From the IMG/VR virus record IMGVR_UViG_3300017706_001678, positions 1 to 58,312 of that record: a stretch of 58,312 nucleotides of DNA; one strand, written 5' to 3'. The translations under genes were made by a program, and so were the position numbers. The DNA is from a virus (lineage: Duplodnaviria; Caudoviricetes). Within the stretch, counting starts at the first letter, position 1, and each line of letters begins with the position of its first letter. This document shows, piece by piece, positions 19,696-29,518 of the stretch. The notes under the pieces were generated by a model. It ran no database searches. It saw only the letters and a list, made by a program, of their open reading frames with translations, and was not told the origin of the DNA.

Positions 19696-19975
19696 CATTG
19701 ATGAAACCATCTGTGATACGCCAGATAATCCGAGAGACTACCACAGATCCGTTCCACGGAAAAAAATAATAGAGAAGATCAATCATCTATTCGACGAGGG
19801 TAACCGAATAGTTTATTGGACAGCTAGGGGAAGTAGAAGTGGAATTGATTGGTTCGATCATACAGAGAAACAGTTAAAAAGTTGGGGCGTTAAGTATCAT
19901 CAACTGAGATGTGATAAACCGTATTACGATATTTTTTATGATGACAAAACAAAAAATAAAATTGATATCCCATAG
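19676..19975 (+). CDS. Small HAD-family phosphatase (capsule-biosynthesis type)
   Basis: VDIDETIC (DxD), WTARG, KP...YDDK. Confidence 0.85.
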   Translation: MQVIFVDIDETICDTPDNPRDYHRSVPRKKIIEKINHLFDEGNRIVYWTARGSRSGIDWFDHTEKQLKSWGVKYHQLRCDKPYYDIFYDDKTKNKIDIP

Positions 19976-20396
19976 AGGAAATTTGAACGGAGTTAATCCG
20001 GATAGAGAAAATTCTCCATCATATATTCAGGAGGCAATAACTGCTGGATATGATGTTGAGATTGATGTTCATTGGTGGAACAGTGGTATTTGGTTGGGAC
20101 ACGATAAACCGGATTGGGAGATTCCCCTGTCATTTTTAGAAGACATAAAGGACCGTGTGTGGATTCATTGTAAGAATTTTCAAGCGTTTAGTCATCTACT
20201 CAACACAGACTTTAGGATATTCTTTCATGAAAATGAAAGATATGCTATGATAAATAACGGGTTAATATGGGCCCACGATCTAGATATGATAAATGAAAAG
20301 TGCATAATACCACTCCTATCGAAAGAACAAGTACTGGGTTGGGAAGAAACAAAAGTCTATGGAGTTTGTTCTGATTATGTGGAGTTGTTCAAATGA
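19938..20396 (+). CDS. Glycerophosphodiester phosphodiesterase (PLC-like) domain protein
   Basis: LISHRGN, GYDVEIDV, LGHD, WIHCKN, GVCSDY; start uncertain. Confidence 0.75.
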   Translation: MMTKQKIKLISHRGNLNGVNPDRENSPSYIQEAITAGYDVEIDVHWWNSGIWLGHDKPDWEIPLSFLEDIKDRVWIHCKNFQAFSHLLNTDFRIFFHENERYAMINNGLIWAHDLDMINEKCIIPLLSKEQVLGWEETKVYGVCSDYVELFK

Positions 20397-21130
20397 TAAA
20401 TCTAATAACTTTAGCAGGTGAAGGTTCTAGGTTCTCTGATGCTGGTGTAGAAACACCAAAACCTTTAATTGAAGTTAACGGCAAACCCATGATTATAGAA
20501 GCCGTTTCTTGTCTTCCAGAAGCAGACTGCCATGTCTTTGTCTGTAGAACAGAACACATAGAAGAACATTCTATAGACGAAATTATAAAGGACTATTATC
20601 CAGAATCAGAGTTTGTTGTTTTAGACAAAACAACTATGGGACAAGCTTGTACGGCTGAAATTGGCATTTTACAATCGTCAATACATGAAGACGATTCAAT
20701 CACGATAAGTTGTTGCGACTATGGTTTAGAGTGGTCTAATGAAAAGTACGAGAGTGTGAAGAAAGGTTCTGATGTTGTTGTCTGGTCAACCATAAACAAC
20801 GCTGCGTTTTCCAACAATCCAAGTTCTTATAGTTGGTTGGAAACATCGGGCGATAGGTTAACAAAAACACATGTAAAACAAAATTTTTTCGATGATCCCT
20901 TTAACAATCGTGCCATAGTGGGTACTTTTTTCTTCAAACGGGCCGGTGATTTTTTAGATGGGGTGTCTAGGATATACAGGGATGTTATCAAGAGTAATGG
21001 TGAATATTACATTGATAATATTTTTAATAGTATAGGTCATCTAGATGTGAGTATATTTGATGTTGATGAGTATCATTGCTGGGGAACTCCAGAGGATTTG
21101 TTGAATTATGAAAATAGATTATTGGGATAA
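20393..21130 (+). CDS. Second sugar-phosphate nucleotidyltransferase
   Basis: LAGEGSRF...PKPLI...GQACT...CD...GEYYID...WGTPEDL. Confidence 0.88.
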   Translation: MINLITLAGEGSRFSDAGVETPKPLIEVNGKPMIIEAVSCLPEADCHVFVCRTEHIEEHSIDEIIKDYYPESEFVVLDKTTMGQACTAEIGILQSSIHEDDSITISCCDYGLEWSNEKYESVKKGSDVVVWSTINNAAFSNNPSSYSWLETSGDRLTKTHVKQNFFDDPFNNRAIVGTFFFKRAGDFLDGVSRIYRDVIKSNGEYYIDNIFNSIGHLDVSIFDVDEYHCWGTPEDLLNYENRLLG

Positions 21131-22205
21131 AAGCCAATCTGGATCCATAAGAACTGTTTCCGAAAAAAGAAACATAAAGATTGGTGAGTTTAGAGATTGT
21201 ACAGTGGAGGGTTTTTCTTTAAATTACCCCCAACCGTTATTGCACACCAACGATGAACTTTTACTTCCCACTATAGAAAAATTTATGTCTTTGGGTAGGG
21301 GAACCGTCTATGAAGACACAATGGAATATGAAACATCCGAAAAAAGACTTTGGGATGTTAGATCGATTACAACACCGGTTTTTTACTTTGTGTACAATTG
21401 TGCTAATTATTTTCACTGGTTGTATGATACGGTTCCTTACTTATACTCTTACTTCGATCTTAAAAAACAAATTCCAAATTTGAAATTGTTAATTAGTCCC
21501 CCCGAAGGAAAAGATGATCTATATCCATTTGTATATGAAACTCTAGAACTATTAGGTATAGCAAAAAATGATTTAGTTTTTTTGAGAGATGATGTGTCTT
21601 ACTTTAGAGTTTTTGTTGGCTCCTCTTTAACTCACAATAGAATGTCTCTGGATCCACCGCATCCTGCTTTATACGAAATACTAGATTCGATGGAGGGAAC
21701 TAGATCCGATGTGAAGAAAGTCTATGTTTCAAGAAGAACATGGACAAAGAAAAGGAATGAAAATATCGGAACTGATTATACACAACAGAGGAAATGTGTT
21801 AACGAAGATGAAGTAGCGGAATTTTTTATTCATAACGGATTCGAAGAAGTTTTCACTGAAGACTTGTGTATGGAAGATAAAATTGGATTGTTTCGTAATG
21901 CAGATTTTGTAGCAGGACCGATTGGTGGTGGGATGTCAAATGCTCTATTTTGTAGACCGGATTGTATGGTGTTGTCGATAAACAGCCCTGAGTTCTTTGA
22001 TGTTAATAGAAGGTTGGAGTTTGCCATGAACAGGACCGACTTGATTCATTTCAATGAAACAGAATTTGTAGACAGAAAAGAAGAAGTAGAGACACACAAA
22101 AATGCTCTTTCGATATTTGGGGGTATAAATTCCAGCTGGAAAGTAGATATAAATAAACTGAAAGAACTGATTGAAGTTCAAATGAAAGATTATAGGAGTA
22201 GATAA
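21108..22205 (+). CDS. Glycosyltransferase family 61 (DUF563)-like
   Basis: NYFHWLYDTVP, KKVYVSRR, RKCVNEDEV, GPIGGGMSNALF. Confidence 0.8.
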   Translation: MKIDYWDKSQSGSIRTVSEKRNIKIGEFRDCTVEGFSLNYPQPLLHTNDELLLPTIEKFMSLGRGTVYEDTMEYETSEKRLWDVRSITTPVFYFVYNCANYFHWLYDTVPYLYSYFDLKKQIPNLKLLISPPEGKDDLYPFVYETLELLGIAKNDLVFLRDDVSYFRVFVGSSLTHNRMSLDPPHPALYEILDSMEGTRSDVKKVYVSRRTWTKKRNENIGTDYTQQRKCVNEDEVAEFFIHNGFEEVFTEDLCMEDKIGLFRNADFVAGPIGGGMSNALFCRPDCMVLSINSPEFFDVNRRLEFAMNRTDLIHFNETEFVDRKEEVETHKNALSIFGGINSSWKVDINKLKELIEVQMKDYRSR

Positions 22206-23494
22206 TGAATGACCGGCCTAAAGTTACCTTGTGTATGATCGTGAAAGATGAAACTCATATTATAGAACAATGTCTTCGTTCTATTGCAAAATACGTTGAT
22301 CGATATGATATTACCGATACTGGTTCCACTGATGGAACACAGGATCTTATCAAGAAGACTATGGAAGAACTAAAAGTTCCCGGTGAGGTCCATCAATCAG
22401 ACTGGAAAGGATTTGGTGATCATAACGGTAAAATGGGTTCTAGGTCAGAATCTTTAATAAATGCAAAAAAATCTGATGCCGAATATGCATGGGTTATTGA
22501 TGCAGACGATTATGTAGAAGGTAATTTTCAGTATCCAGAAACGATGGACGCAGATTGTTATTCTCTGTGTATCGGTCGTGGTGATTTTACTTGGTGGAGA
22601 AACCAAATATTTAAACTTTCTGTTGATTGGAAATACAAAGGAATTCTTCATGAATATGCAACAACTGATAGCAAACCCAGAGAAGAAATTAATGCTGGAA
22701 AACTAGGTGGTGAGTATAAAGTAATTGCAAGAACTGAAGGTAATCGTAACGTTGGTATTACACCAGTAGACAAGTATAAAAGAGATGCAGAAGTTCTCGA
22801 ACAGGCGATCTTAGACGAACCAACAAACGACAGATATCACTTTTACTTAGCACAATCATATTTTGATTCTCAGCAATTTGAAAAGTCTCTCGTTGCATAT
22901 GAAAAACGAGTAGAACTGGGTGGTTGGCCAGAAGAAGTTTATTATTCTAAACTTCGATGTGGTATTCTAAAGGGTTTGATGAATAAACCACTGGCAGAAA
23001 CAGCTGCTGCATTTGTCGATGCTTTTAATTATAGACCCATTAGAGCAGAACCCCTGTGGTTCTTATCTAGAATGTATAGAATGAATGAAATGCCTGCTGC
23101 TGCTTACATGTATGCTAGAATGGGATTGGATATACAATATCCACAACAAGATATTTTGTTTATTCAGGATGATGTTTATAAATGGGGCATCTTAGACGAA
23201 GTTGCTGCAACTGCATTTTATGCAAACCAACCACAAGTTGGATATCAAGCGAGTAAGATTCTACTTGAAAACAATCTTATTCCTGTTTTACATAAACAAA
23301 GAGTTCTTCAGAACTTTAGATCATATGAGCAGGTTATGAAACAAATAGAAGAACAGCAAAAGAACTCTAATTTAAATGATGCTAGTGTGGCACCTCATGT
23401 TGGTAAACAAAAAAAAGAACCAAATAGAAATAAACAGTCAACTAAAGTAAAAGAAAAGACTGGTTATAAAAAGAGACAAAAACAAAAAGCATAA
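22205..23494 (+). CDS. GT2 glycosyltransferase with TPR repeats
   Basis: LCMIVKDE, DTGSTDGT, IDADD, LHE, then TPR-like helices (RYHFYLAQSYFD, RPIRAEPL). Confidence 0.88.
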   Translation: MNDRPKVTLCMIVKDETHIIEQCLRSIAKYVDRYDITDTGSTDGTQDLIKKTMEELKVPGEVHQSDWKGFGDHNGKMGSRSESLINAKKSDAEYAWVIDADDYVEGNFQYPETMDADCYSLCIGRGDFTWWRNQIFKLSVDWKYKGILHEYATTDSKPREEINAGKLGGEYKVIARTEGNRNVGITPVDKYKRDAEVLEQAILDEPTNDRYHFYLAQSYFDSQQFEKSLVAYEKRVELGGWPEEVYYSKLRCGILKGLMNKPLAETAAAFVDAFNYRPIRAEPLWFLSRMYRMNEMPAAAYMYARMGLDIQYPQQDILFIQDDVYKWGILDEVAATAFYANQPQVGYQASKILLENNLIPVLHKQRVLQNFRSYEQVMKQIEEQQKNSNLNDASVAPHVGKQKKEPNRNKQSTKVKEKTGYKKRQKQKA

Positions 23495-23497
23495 ATA
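23490..23497 (+). promoter_or_regulatory. Late-promoter-like element heading the first fibre block
   Basis: CATAAATA, one mismatch to TATAAATA, ~30 bp upstream of ORF 23529. Confidence 0.55.
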
Positions 23498-23528
23498 ATA
23501 GGTATGCATTATATGGATATACTTATTA

Positions 23529-24110
23529 ATGACTAATGAAATTAATTTTCCTGCAATAAATGGAGTTGATGGTTTATCATGTGATACCTATCCTTTTGGG
23601 TGGACATCTGGTTGTAGTCATTCAGATGGAGTAAATAAAGGATTTACACAGGAATGGTTTTTTGATGGTAGACTTGGTGCTTGGGTTTCTGATACAAGAG
23701 TTCAAAAAGAATATCCTAGCGTTAACATATTAGGTCAGGGTTTGGCATCTGTTGGACTTACATATGATGCACATCTCAGTATTTCTGATATTCATTTTAT
23801 TGGATTTGCTGATGGGGCACCGTCGTCTTTTTCTACTACGATTAGATTTTTAGATCCACCGACATTAAACTCTTTTGCGGAAGTAACATTAATTGTTGAT
23901 AATCCGAATGCCCCAACAGAATTAAATGTTGTCGGTCTCAATAGTAGTGGAGTTACCGGAACTGTACATATGGATAGAACAATAACCAGTGATACTGCGG
24001 ATGGTCTTACTGGTGGGATCCATATGTGGAAGATATGGAGCATTGATGGTGGTACTAACTATTATATGTACCGAGCAAACGGATTTGGACGATTTTGGGA
24101 TGATTCATAA
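23529..24110 (+). CDS. Putative virion protein; N-terminus paralogous to ORF 52227
   Basis: EINFPAINGxDGxSCDxYxFGxTSGC...GFTQxWFFDGxxGAWVS shared with ORF 52227. Confidence 0.6.
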   Translation: MTNEINFPAINGVDGLSCDTYPFGWTSGCSHSDGVNKGFTQEWFFDGRLGAWVSDTRVQKEYPSVNILGQGLASVGLTYDAHLSISDIHFIGFADGAPSSFSTTIRFLDPPTLNSFAEVTLIVDNPNAPTELNVVGLNSSGVTGTVHMDRTITSDTADGLTGGIHMWKIWSIDGGTNYYMYRANGFGRFWDDS

Positions 24111-25543
24111 TGGCTAAATGGATTGTAAAAAAGACCATAAGCGATTCAATAAAAAAGAATCAGATTATAGAGGAGACTAATCTGATTCATATTGAAGCTA
24201 TTAGTCTGTCTGAATATGAGGGGGGATTTAACTTTTTTTCCAAAGGAAAGAATTTTAAAACTGAATCTGGTTCTGTAGTTAAATTATTAGGAAAACGATC
24301 TGATTATAATGAATATTTACAGGAATATGATGGAAGTAAATTAAAAACGTTTAGATGGAAAGGTTCTCCCTCCGTAAATTTATTTGCGGGTAAAGCATAT
24401 AAAGAAAGTCCATTAACTAATTTTGATAGATCCTGTGTTTTAGACGCAGGTACAAACAAAATATTTCTAGAGGACGGATCCGAAGTTGTTGCAATACGTG
24501 GATCTAGAAAAAAATTCAATGAGTGTATGGATATTTTGATTGAAGATACACCATCCAATAACGAATTATTGGATATCTTAGTTGAAGATGACAAAATAAC
24601 TAAACGTGAGTACGTAACTGAAATAATAAAAGAAGAAAAACTAGTTGGTCCCGATGGACCACGAGGATTTCCGGGTGAGCAGGGTCCTGTTGGGGATGAT
24701 GGTCCTGCTGGACCAAGAGGAGATCGTGGTGATGCTGGTCCACGGGGAGAACCCGGTAAAGATGGAACAGATGGTAAAGATGGAACAGATGGTAAAGATG
24801 GAATTGAAGGTGTAGTTGGACCAAAAGGTGAAACTGGTGATCGTGGAGAAAAGGGTGATCAGGGAGAGCAGGGTATTCCCGGTGAGGTTGCACAGAAGGG
24901 AGAACGTGGTGCTATAGGTCCAGCAGGACCTAAAGGAGATAGGGGTCCTCTTGGTCATTCTATTCCCGGCAAACAAGGCGAACAGGGACCTGCCGGACCA
25001 ATGGGTAATACTGGAAGTGCTGGACCTACCGGACCAATGGGTAATAAAGGACCTAGAGGTGCGTCAATAATAGGACCAGAAGGTCCACAAGGACCAAAGG
25101 GAGATGATGGAGAATCTCCGATAGTAAAAGCAAAATATCCTCTTGTTTATAATAAAGATCGTAAGTTATTTACAATTGATAAGAAGTTTTTTGAAAAACT
25201 TCTGTCTGGTGGTAGCGTAAATGAAAAAATGATGAATAATTTTGTCACTGCAGCAGCGGTTGCTGGTGGTGGTGGATTGTCATCAATTAAAGATGGTAAC
25301 AATTCAGATATAGCTTTTGTTAGAAATCCAGAAGATTTAATTTTTGAGGGGTCTGGAGTTTCACTAAATAAGGTGGGTGGTAAGAGTGTAAGAGTTTCAA
25401 TTTCGGGTGGTGGATCTGCTGGGAGCAGTGTGTATGTTTCCGATGATGCGCCTTCTGGAACTTTTGTTACTGGAGATAGGTGGATAGAGTCTGATACCAC
25501 TAAGCTTTTTACTCGTTATGAAGATTTATGGGTAGAATTCTAA
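24110..25543 (+). CDS. Collagen-like triple-helix protein
   Basis: Long Gly-X-Y tract (~24647-25115); C-terminal GDRW...WVEF module. Confidence 0.85.
   Translation: MAKWIVKKTISDSIKKNQIIEETNLIHIEAISLSEYEGGFNFFSKGKNFKTESGSVVKLLGKRSDYNEYLQEYDGSKLKTFRWKGSPSVNLFAGKAYKESPLTNFDRSCVLDAGTNKIFLEDGSEVVAIRGSRKKFNECMDILIEDTPSNNELLDILVEDDKITKREYVTEIIKEEKLVGPDGPRGFPGEQGPVGDDGPAGPRGDRGDAGPRGEPGKDGTDGKDGTDGKDGIEGVVGPKGETGDRGEKGDQGEQGIPGEVAQKGERGAIGPAGPKGDRGPLGHSIPGKQGEQGPAGPMGNTGSAGPTGPMGNKGPRGASIIGPEGPQGPKGDDGESPIVKAKYPLVYNKDRKLFTIDKKFFEKLLSGGSVNEKMMNNFVTAAAVAGGGGLSSIKDGNNSDIAFVRNPEDLIFEGSGVSLNKVGGKSVRVSISGGGSAGSSVYVSDDAPSGTFVTGDRWIESDTTKLFTRYEDLWVEF
24755..24802 (+). repeat. 18-bp tandem repeat (GGTAAAGATGGAACAGAT x2.7), encoding GKDGTD
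   Basis: Exact copies at 24755 and 24773, partial copy at 24791. Confidence 0.9.
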
Positions 25544-25552
25544 GGAGAGTAA

Positions 25553-26440
25553 ATGGCAATATCATTTCCATTATCACCATCAACCAATGACGAATACACT
25601 TTCAGTGGTATCACATGGAAGTGGAATGGTTATGCATGGAATAAAATAAGCGGTACTGGAACTGGTGGTTCTGGAGCAACTTGGACACGGCAAGATGATG
25701 CTTTTCCAGAAACTTTGGGTGGTATAGAGGCAGGAACTACACTTGCAAACGGAACGGATGCTATACAGGTTTTAGAAAGTCTATTGTATCCATACCAGAC
25801 GGTTAGTTTTAGTTCTTTTTCTACTGGTCTTTCTACTTCATACGAAGTAGGTCAGACTGCAGGTAATTCTACTAATAACGCTACATGGAATACATCAGGT
25901 CCTAATGATAATTGGATTGCCGGATCTCTTTCTATATCAGCAAATCAAAGTGTAGGTACTTTAGTTTCAGGTTTGGATTATGATGACTCTCCCGAAAGTA
26001 TAACACACAACGCATATAATTTTACATCAACAACAACATTAACTTTCACTATAACAGGACAACAAGATCAAGGTAGTAACGCAACAAGAAATCAAAATCT
26101 ATCTTGGAAGTATAAATACTTTAGTGGAAAAACTGGAGCAGGATTTGATGGTTCTGGTCTTACTGGACAAGGATTTGCAGACACATTTAGAACTACTCCC
26201 AATAATTATACAGTTACTTTTGCTGCTGCAAGTCCAGCAAATAAAGGATATTTTGTTATACCAGAAGAAGAAATTTCTGGCTCGTTGACTTTTACTGATA
26301 CTGGGACCAATTTGAACTTTCCTTTCACTGATGGGGGAACTTTTGGTCATGTGAATACATTTGGATTAAATGTCGTATATCATCTATATGAATCTACCAA
26401 CAATTTCGCAGGGGAAGTATCAGTAAAGGTTAGCACATAA
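25553..26440 (+). CDS. Putative virion/fibre protein
   Basis: MAISFPLSPSTNDEYT...WKWNGYAW N-terminal module; Thr/Gly-rich; AAGGAG SD. Confidence 0.65.
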   Translation: MAISFPLSPSTNDEYTFSGITWKWNGYAWNKISGTGTGGSGATWTRQDDAFPETLGGIEAGTTLANGTDAIQVLESLLYPYQTVSFSSFSTGLSTSYEVGQTAGNSTNNATWNTSGPNDNWIAGSLSISANQSVGTLVSGLDYDDSPESITHNAYNFTSTTTLTFTITGQQDQGSNATRNQNLSWKYKYFSGKTGAGFDGSGLTGQGFADTFRTTPNNYTVTFAAASPANKGYFVIPEEEISGSLTFTDTGTNLNFPFTDGGTFGHVNTFGLNVVYHLYESTNNFAGEVSVKVST

Positions 26441-27105
26441 TGGCAATTATTACGGGTGGAGTTAGAATAGGAGGGTTTATATCGCCTACTGATACGGCGG
26501 ATACTTTCCCTGTAACTAAACCAGAATTTGGTTTGGGTGGACTTCGTACTGTAAACAATACAACTGCAAGAAATAACATACCGTCTGATCGCAGGGAAGA
26601 GGGTATGTTGGTTTATGTTCTGGGTGATCAGACATATTACAAACTAGAAGGTGGTATATCCAATTCGGATTGGTCTATACTTTCTTTGAGTGCAACTGCT
26701 ATAACCTTTGATGCATCACCACCGTCATCTCCAAACCTTGGTGACTTTTGGTTTGAAGAAGACACTGGATCTTTCTTTGTTTATGTGAGTGACGGAGATT
26801 CGCTCCAATGGGTAGAAATAAATGGTCAGCCGGGTCCTAGAGGTGATACTGGTCCTTCTGGTGGACCCATAGGACCAACTGGTGATACAGGTGATACGGG
26901 ACCACAGGGACCACAAGGTCCTGCTGGATCTGGAGGCGAGGTAGACTTATCTGGTCCTACCTTTACAATTGAAGGAATTAATGCTCTCAAATTTGTTCAG
27001 GGTAGTAACGTTATTATTGGTGTTACAAACGAAGGATCTGGGTCTACAGGATATATAAATATATCAGTGGATTTAGAATTCATACTTGGCGGGACTTTTA
27101 CTTAA
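26440..27105 (+). CDS. Collagen-containing fibre protein
   Basis: GGLRTV...RREEGMLVYV domain, GDFWF module, Gly-X-Y stretch, C-terminal GGTF. Confidence 0.7.
   Translation: MAIITGGVRIGGFISPTDTADTFPVTKPEFGLGGLRTVNNTTARNNIPSDRREEGMLVYVLGDQTYYKLEGGISNSDWSILSLSATAITFDASPPSSPNLGDFWFEEDTGSFFVYVSDGDSLQWVEINGQPGPRGDTGPSGGPIGPTGDTGDTGPQGPQGPAGSGGEVDLSGPTFTIEGINALKFVQGSNVIIGVTNEGSGSTGYINISVDLEFILGGTFT
27054..27061 (+). promoter_or_regulatory. T4-type late promoter
   Basis: Exact TATAAATA ~55 bp upstream of ORF 27117. Confidence 0.55.
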
Positions 27106-27116
27106 GGAATTAACTG

Positions 27117-28562
27117 ATGGCAAGAGAATCAACTATTCAAATTTTGTATGGTGGTAGTACTGTAGGGGCACCCGCAGATCTGAGTGATGGTGAATTAGCC
27201 TACGCTCATGGATCAAAAAATCTATTCGTTGGTGCTGGTGGAAACAATACTGCAGTAAGAATTGGCGCAGAAGTATTAGACGAAGACGACTTTAACTCTA
27301 ACAGTGCAACTTCTCTTGCTTCTCAGCAGTCAATTAAGACCTACGTCGATAACTCCATTGGTGCTTCTGCTGGTGTTACGAGTATCGAAGCTCTGACTGG
27401 TTCTGTTAATGTTGCGGCTGGTTCTGGTATTGGTGTTAGTACTACTGGTAGTGGTAGTGGTACTTTAACAATAAGTGGTCTTACAGCGTCTACTAGCGTA
27501 GTTGGTGTTGCAAAATATAACTCCGATGACTTTACTGTGAGTGCTGCCGGTAATGTTTCTCTGGCAAACGATGCTATTAATCTTATTACCGATGATACGA
27601 CTACAAAAATTGTTGGTTTGGGATCTAATACGTTCATTTCTGGTTCTAATGGTATAATAACTTCTTCCTCTGGTAATACTCTAACTATTGATTTGAGTAA
27701 CAGTGGAATTCCAAATGCAAAACTAACAAATTCTAGCATGAATTTTTCAGGTGGAACCGGTGGTGTTGAAATAGATGGATCCACTAGCACACAAGTTGTT
27801 CAACTTGGTAGCACTGTAACAATAGGTGTAACTGCAGCAACCGCAACCCAAGTTGGCGTTGCAGCTTTTGCTGCTGCTGACTTTGCTCTTGCTACTGATG
27901 CGAGTGGGTATGGTACTGTTAATATTAAATCTGGCGGTGTTGGAAATAACCAATTAGCCAACTCTAGTGTATCATTTGGTGGTGTGTCTCTCAATCTTGG
28001 AGAAACAGACGCGACCCCTGCGTTTAATCTTTCTGATGCAACAGGATTGAATCCGAACACTGGTATTTCTGGTGATATTCCTTCTTCTAAGCTAGACAAT
28101 TCTGGATTTACGGTTACTACTTCAACCGACTCTGGTAGTTTCAGTATCGGTCTCGGACAATCTCTGGGATTTACAGGAACCGCTAACGAAATTACAGTGG
28201 AAGAAACTGCCGGAAAAGTTCAAATTGGAATGCCTGATGATGTTACAATATCAGGAGATCTTACTGTAAATGGAACTGTTACTACAATAAACACCACTAC
28301 GGTATTGGTTGAAGATTCTTTAATGGGTCTTGCAAATAACAATTCCGCAGATAGTATTGACATTGGATTTGTTGGTCAGTATAATGATGGTTCTATTAAG
28401 TATACAGGTCTTGCAAGAGATGCAAATGACTCGGGTAAGTTTAAGTTGTTTGAAGACATAAGTGGCGCTGCATATAATGGTACAGACGCTACACTTCCTA
28501 GCATGTCTGCTGGTAACATCGCAACTTTGGTTTGTAAGGTAAATGCTGGTACATATTCTTGA
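27117..28562 (+). CDS. Tail fibre-like protein
   Basis: LSDGELAY N-terminal module, ASQQSIKTYVD, GDLTVNGTVTTINTT, GLARDA motifs typical of T4-like fibres. Confidence 0.75.
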   Translation: MARESTIQILYGGSTVGAPADLSDGELAYAHGSKNLFVGAGGNNTAVRIGAEVLDEDDFNSNSATSLASQQSIKTYVDNSIGASAGVTSIEALTGSVNVAAGSGIGVSTTGSGSGTLTISGLTASTSVVGVAKYNSDDFTVSAAGNVSLANDAINLITDDTTTKIVGLGSNTFISGSNGIITSSSGNTLTIDLSNSGIPNAKLTNSSMNFSGGTGGVEIDGSTSTQVVQLGSTVTIGVTAATATQVGVAAFAAADFALATDASGYGTVNIKSGGVGNNQLANSSVSFGGVSLNLGETDATPAFNLSDATGLNPNTGISGDIPSSKLDNSGFTVTTSTDSGSFSIGLGQSLGFTGTANEITVEETAGKVQIGMPDDVTISGDLTVNGTVTTINTTTVLVEDSLMGLANNNSADSIDIGFVGQYNDGSIKYTGLARDANDSGKFKLFEDISGAAYNGTDATLPSMSAGNIATLVCKVNAGTYS

Positions 28563-28584
28563 TTTTTAGTGAAAGGTTTATATT

Positions 28585-28782
28585 ATGGATTCGAAGTATA
28601 GTGATTATTTGGCCGAGATTTCCCTTACTCGGTATAGTGAGATAATGCCTCATTGTATAAAGTTGGAGGCTAAGGTAAAGGAGTTGAACGATCTTTACAC
28701 TGAGTCTGTTGCTAAGGTAGCAGAACTCACTAAAAAATTAGAGACAAAGGGAAGAAGAACTACTAAAAAAGATTTTGAGTGA
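28585..28782 (+). CDS. Small coiled-coil hypothetical protein
   Basis: 65 aa with upstream SD; fills the gap between fibre genes. Confidence 0.55.
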   Translation: MDSKYSDYLAEISLTRYSEIMPHCIKLEAKVKELNDLYTESVAKVAELTKKLETKGRRTTKKDFE

Positions 28783-28786
28783 GTAA

Positions 28787-29494
28787 ATGTTAAATAGAGA
28801 ATCTACAATACAAATTTTATACTCTGAAACAAGTGGTGTAACTCCTGATTCTACTTTACTAAAAGATGGTGAACTAGCCATCAACGCAGCCGATGAAAAA
28901 ATATTTTTCAAAGGTTCTGATGATGGACTTAAGGAAATCAATAGTTCTACATACTCAGTTTCTTCTATAAATGGAGAGACTGGTGATATAACAAAGTTAT
29001 ATGGTAGTTTTAGAAACAATAATAATATTGAATATACATCAACTTCTGGTGTATCATTAGGAACTTCGTTTTATAATTCAGACGATGCTTCTGGATTAAC
29101 ATTAGTTGATGGATACGTAGAGATAAACAAGGCGGGTGTTTATAAAATTTCTACTGACGTTAGTGTTGGTTCTACTGGATCATCACTATTTGGTCCTATT
29201 GGAGTTAAAACTTATCTTCAATATTATGTTACAGTTTTTGGTAGTCAAATAACTGCAGCTGTTACAGGAACTGATATGTATATTTTGATTCCTCGAACGA
29301 ATCCGGGTGGATCTCGAGAATCAACTTCCACTTCAACTTCTAATATTTTATTTGAGGTAACTCAAAATACTTTAAATAATAGCACAACGAATCTTAGAAT
29401 TGCTCCTTTCAGCACAATCGATTATGGTACTATAGGATCTGGAACTTTAATATCTCCTTCGGGAGGAACTCGGATGACAATTGAAGAACTCTGA
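28787..29494 (+). CDS. Short fibre/adhesin protein; N-terminus paralogous to ORF 27117
   Basis: RESTIQILY...LKDGELAIN; VSSINGETGDI; possible C1q/BclA-like C-terminus. Confidence 0.6.
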   Translation: MLNRESTIQILYSETSGVTPDSTLLKDGELAINAADEKIFFKGSDDGLKEINSSTYSVSSINGETGDITKLYGSFRNNNNIEYTSTSGVSLGTSFYNSDDASGLTLVDGYVEINKAGVYKISTDVSVGSTGSSLFGPIGVKTYLQYYVTVFGSQITAAVTGTDMYILIPRTNPGGSRESTSTSTSNILFEVTQNTLNNSTTNLRIAPFSTIDYGTIGSGTLISPSGGTRMTIEEL

Positions 29495-29518
29495 TATATA
29501 CTGTAAGAGGAATTATTA

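Noticed and set aside
13614-23494. T4-style DNA glucosylation as the role of the glycosyltransferases
   Set aside because: No dCMP hydroxymethylase or alpha/beta-glucosyltransferase is recognisable, and the families resemble surface-glycan enzymes; not fully excluded for individual genes
24755-24802. 18-bp tandem repeat as a regulatory element or origin
   Set aside because: It is explained by in-frame collagen Gly-X-Y expansion
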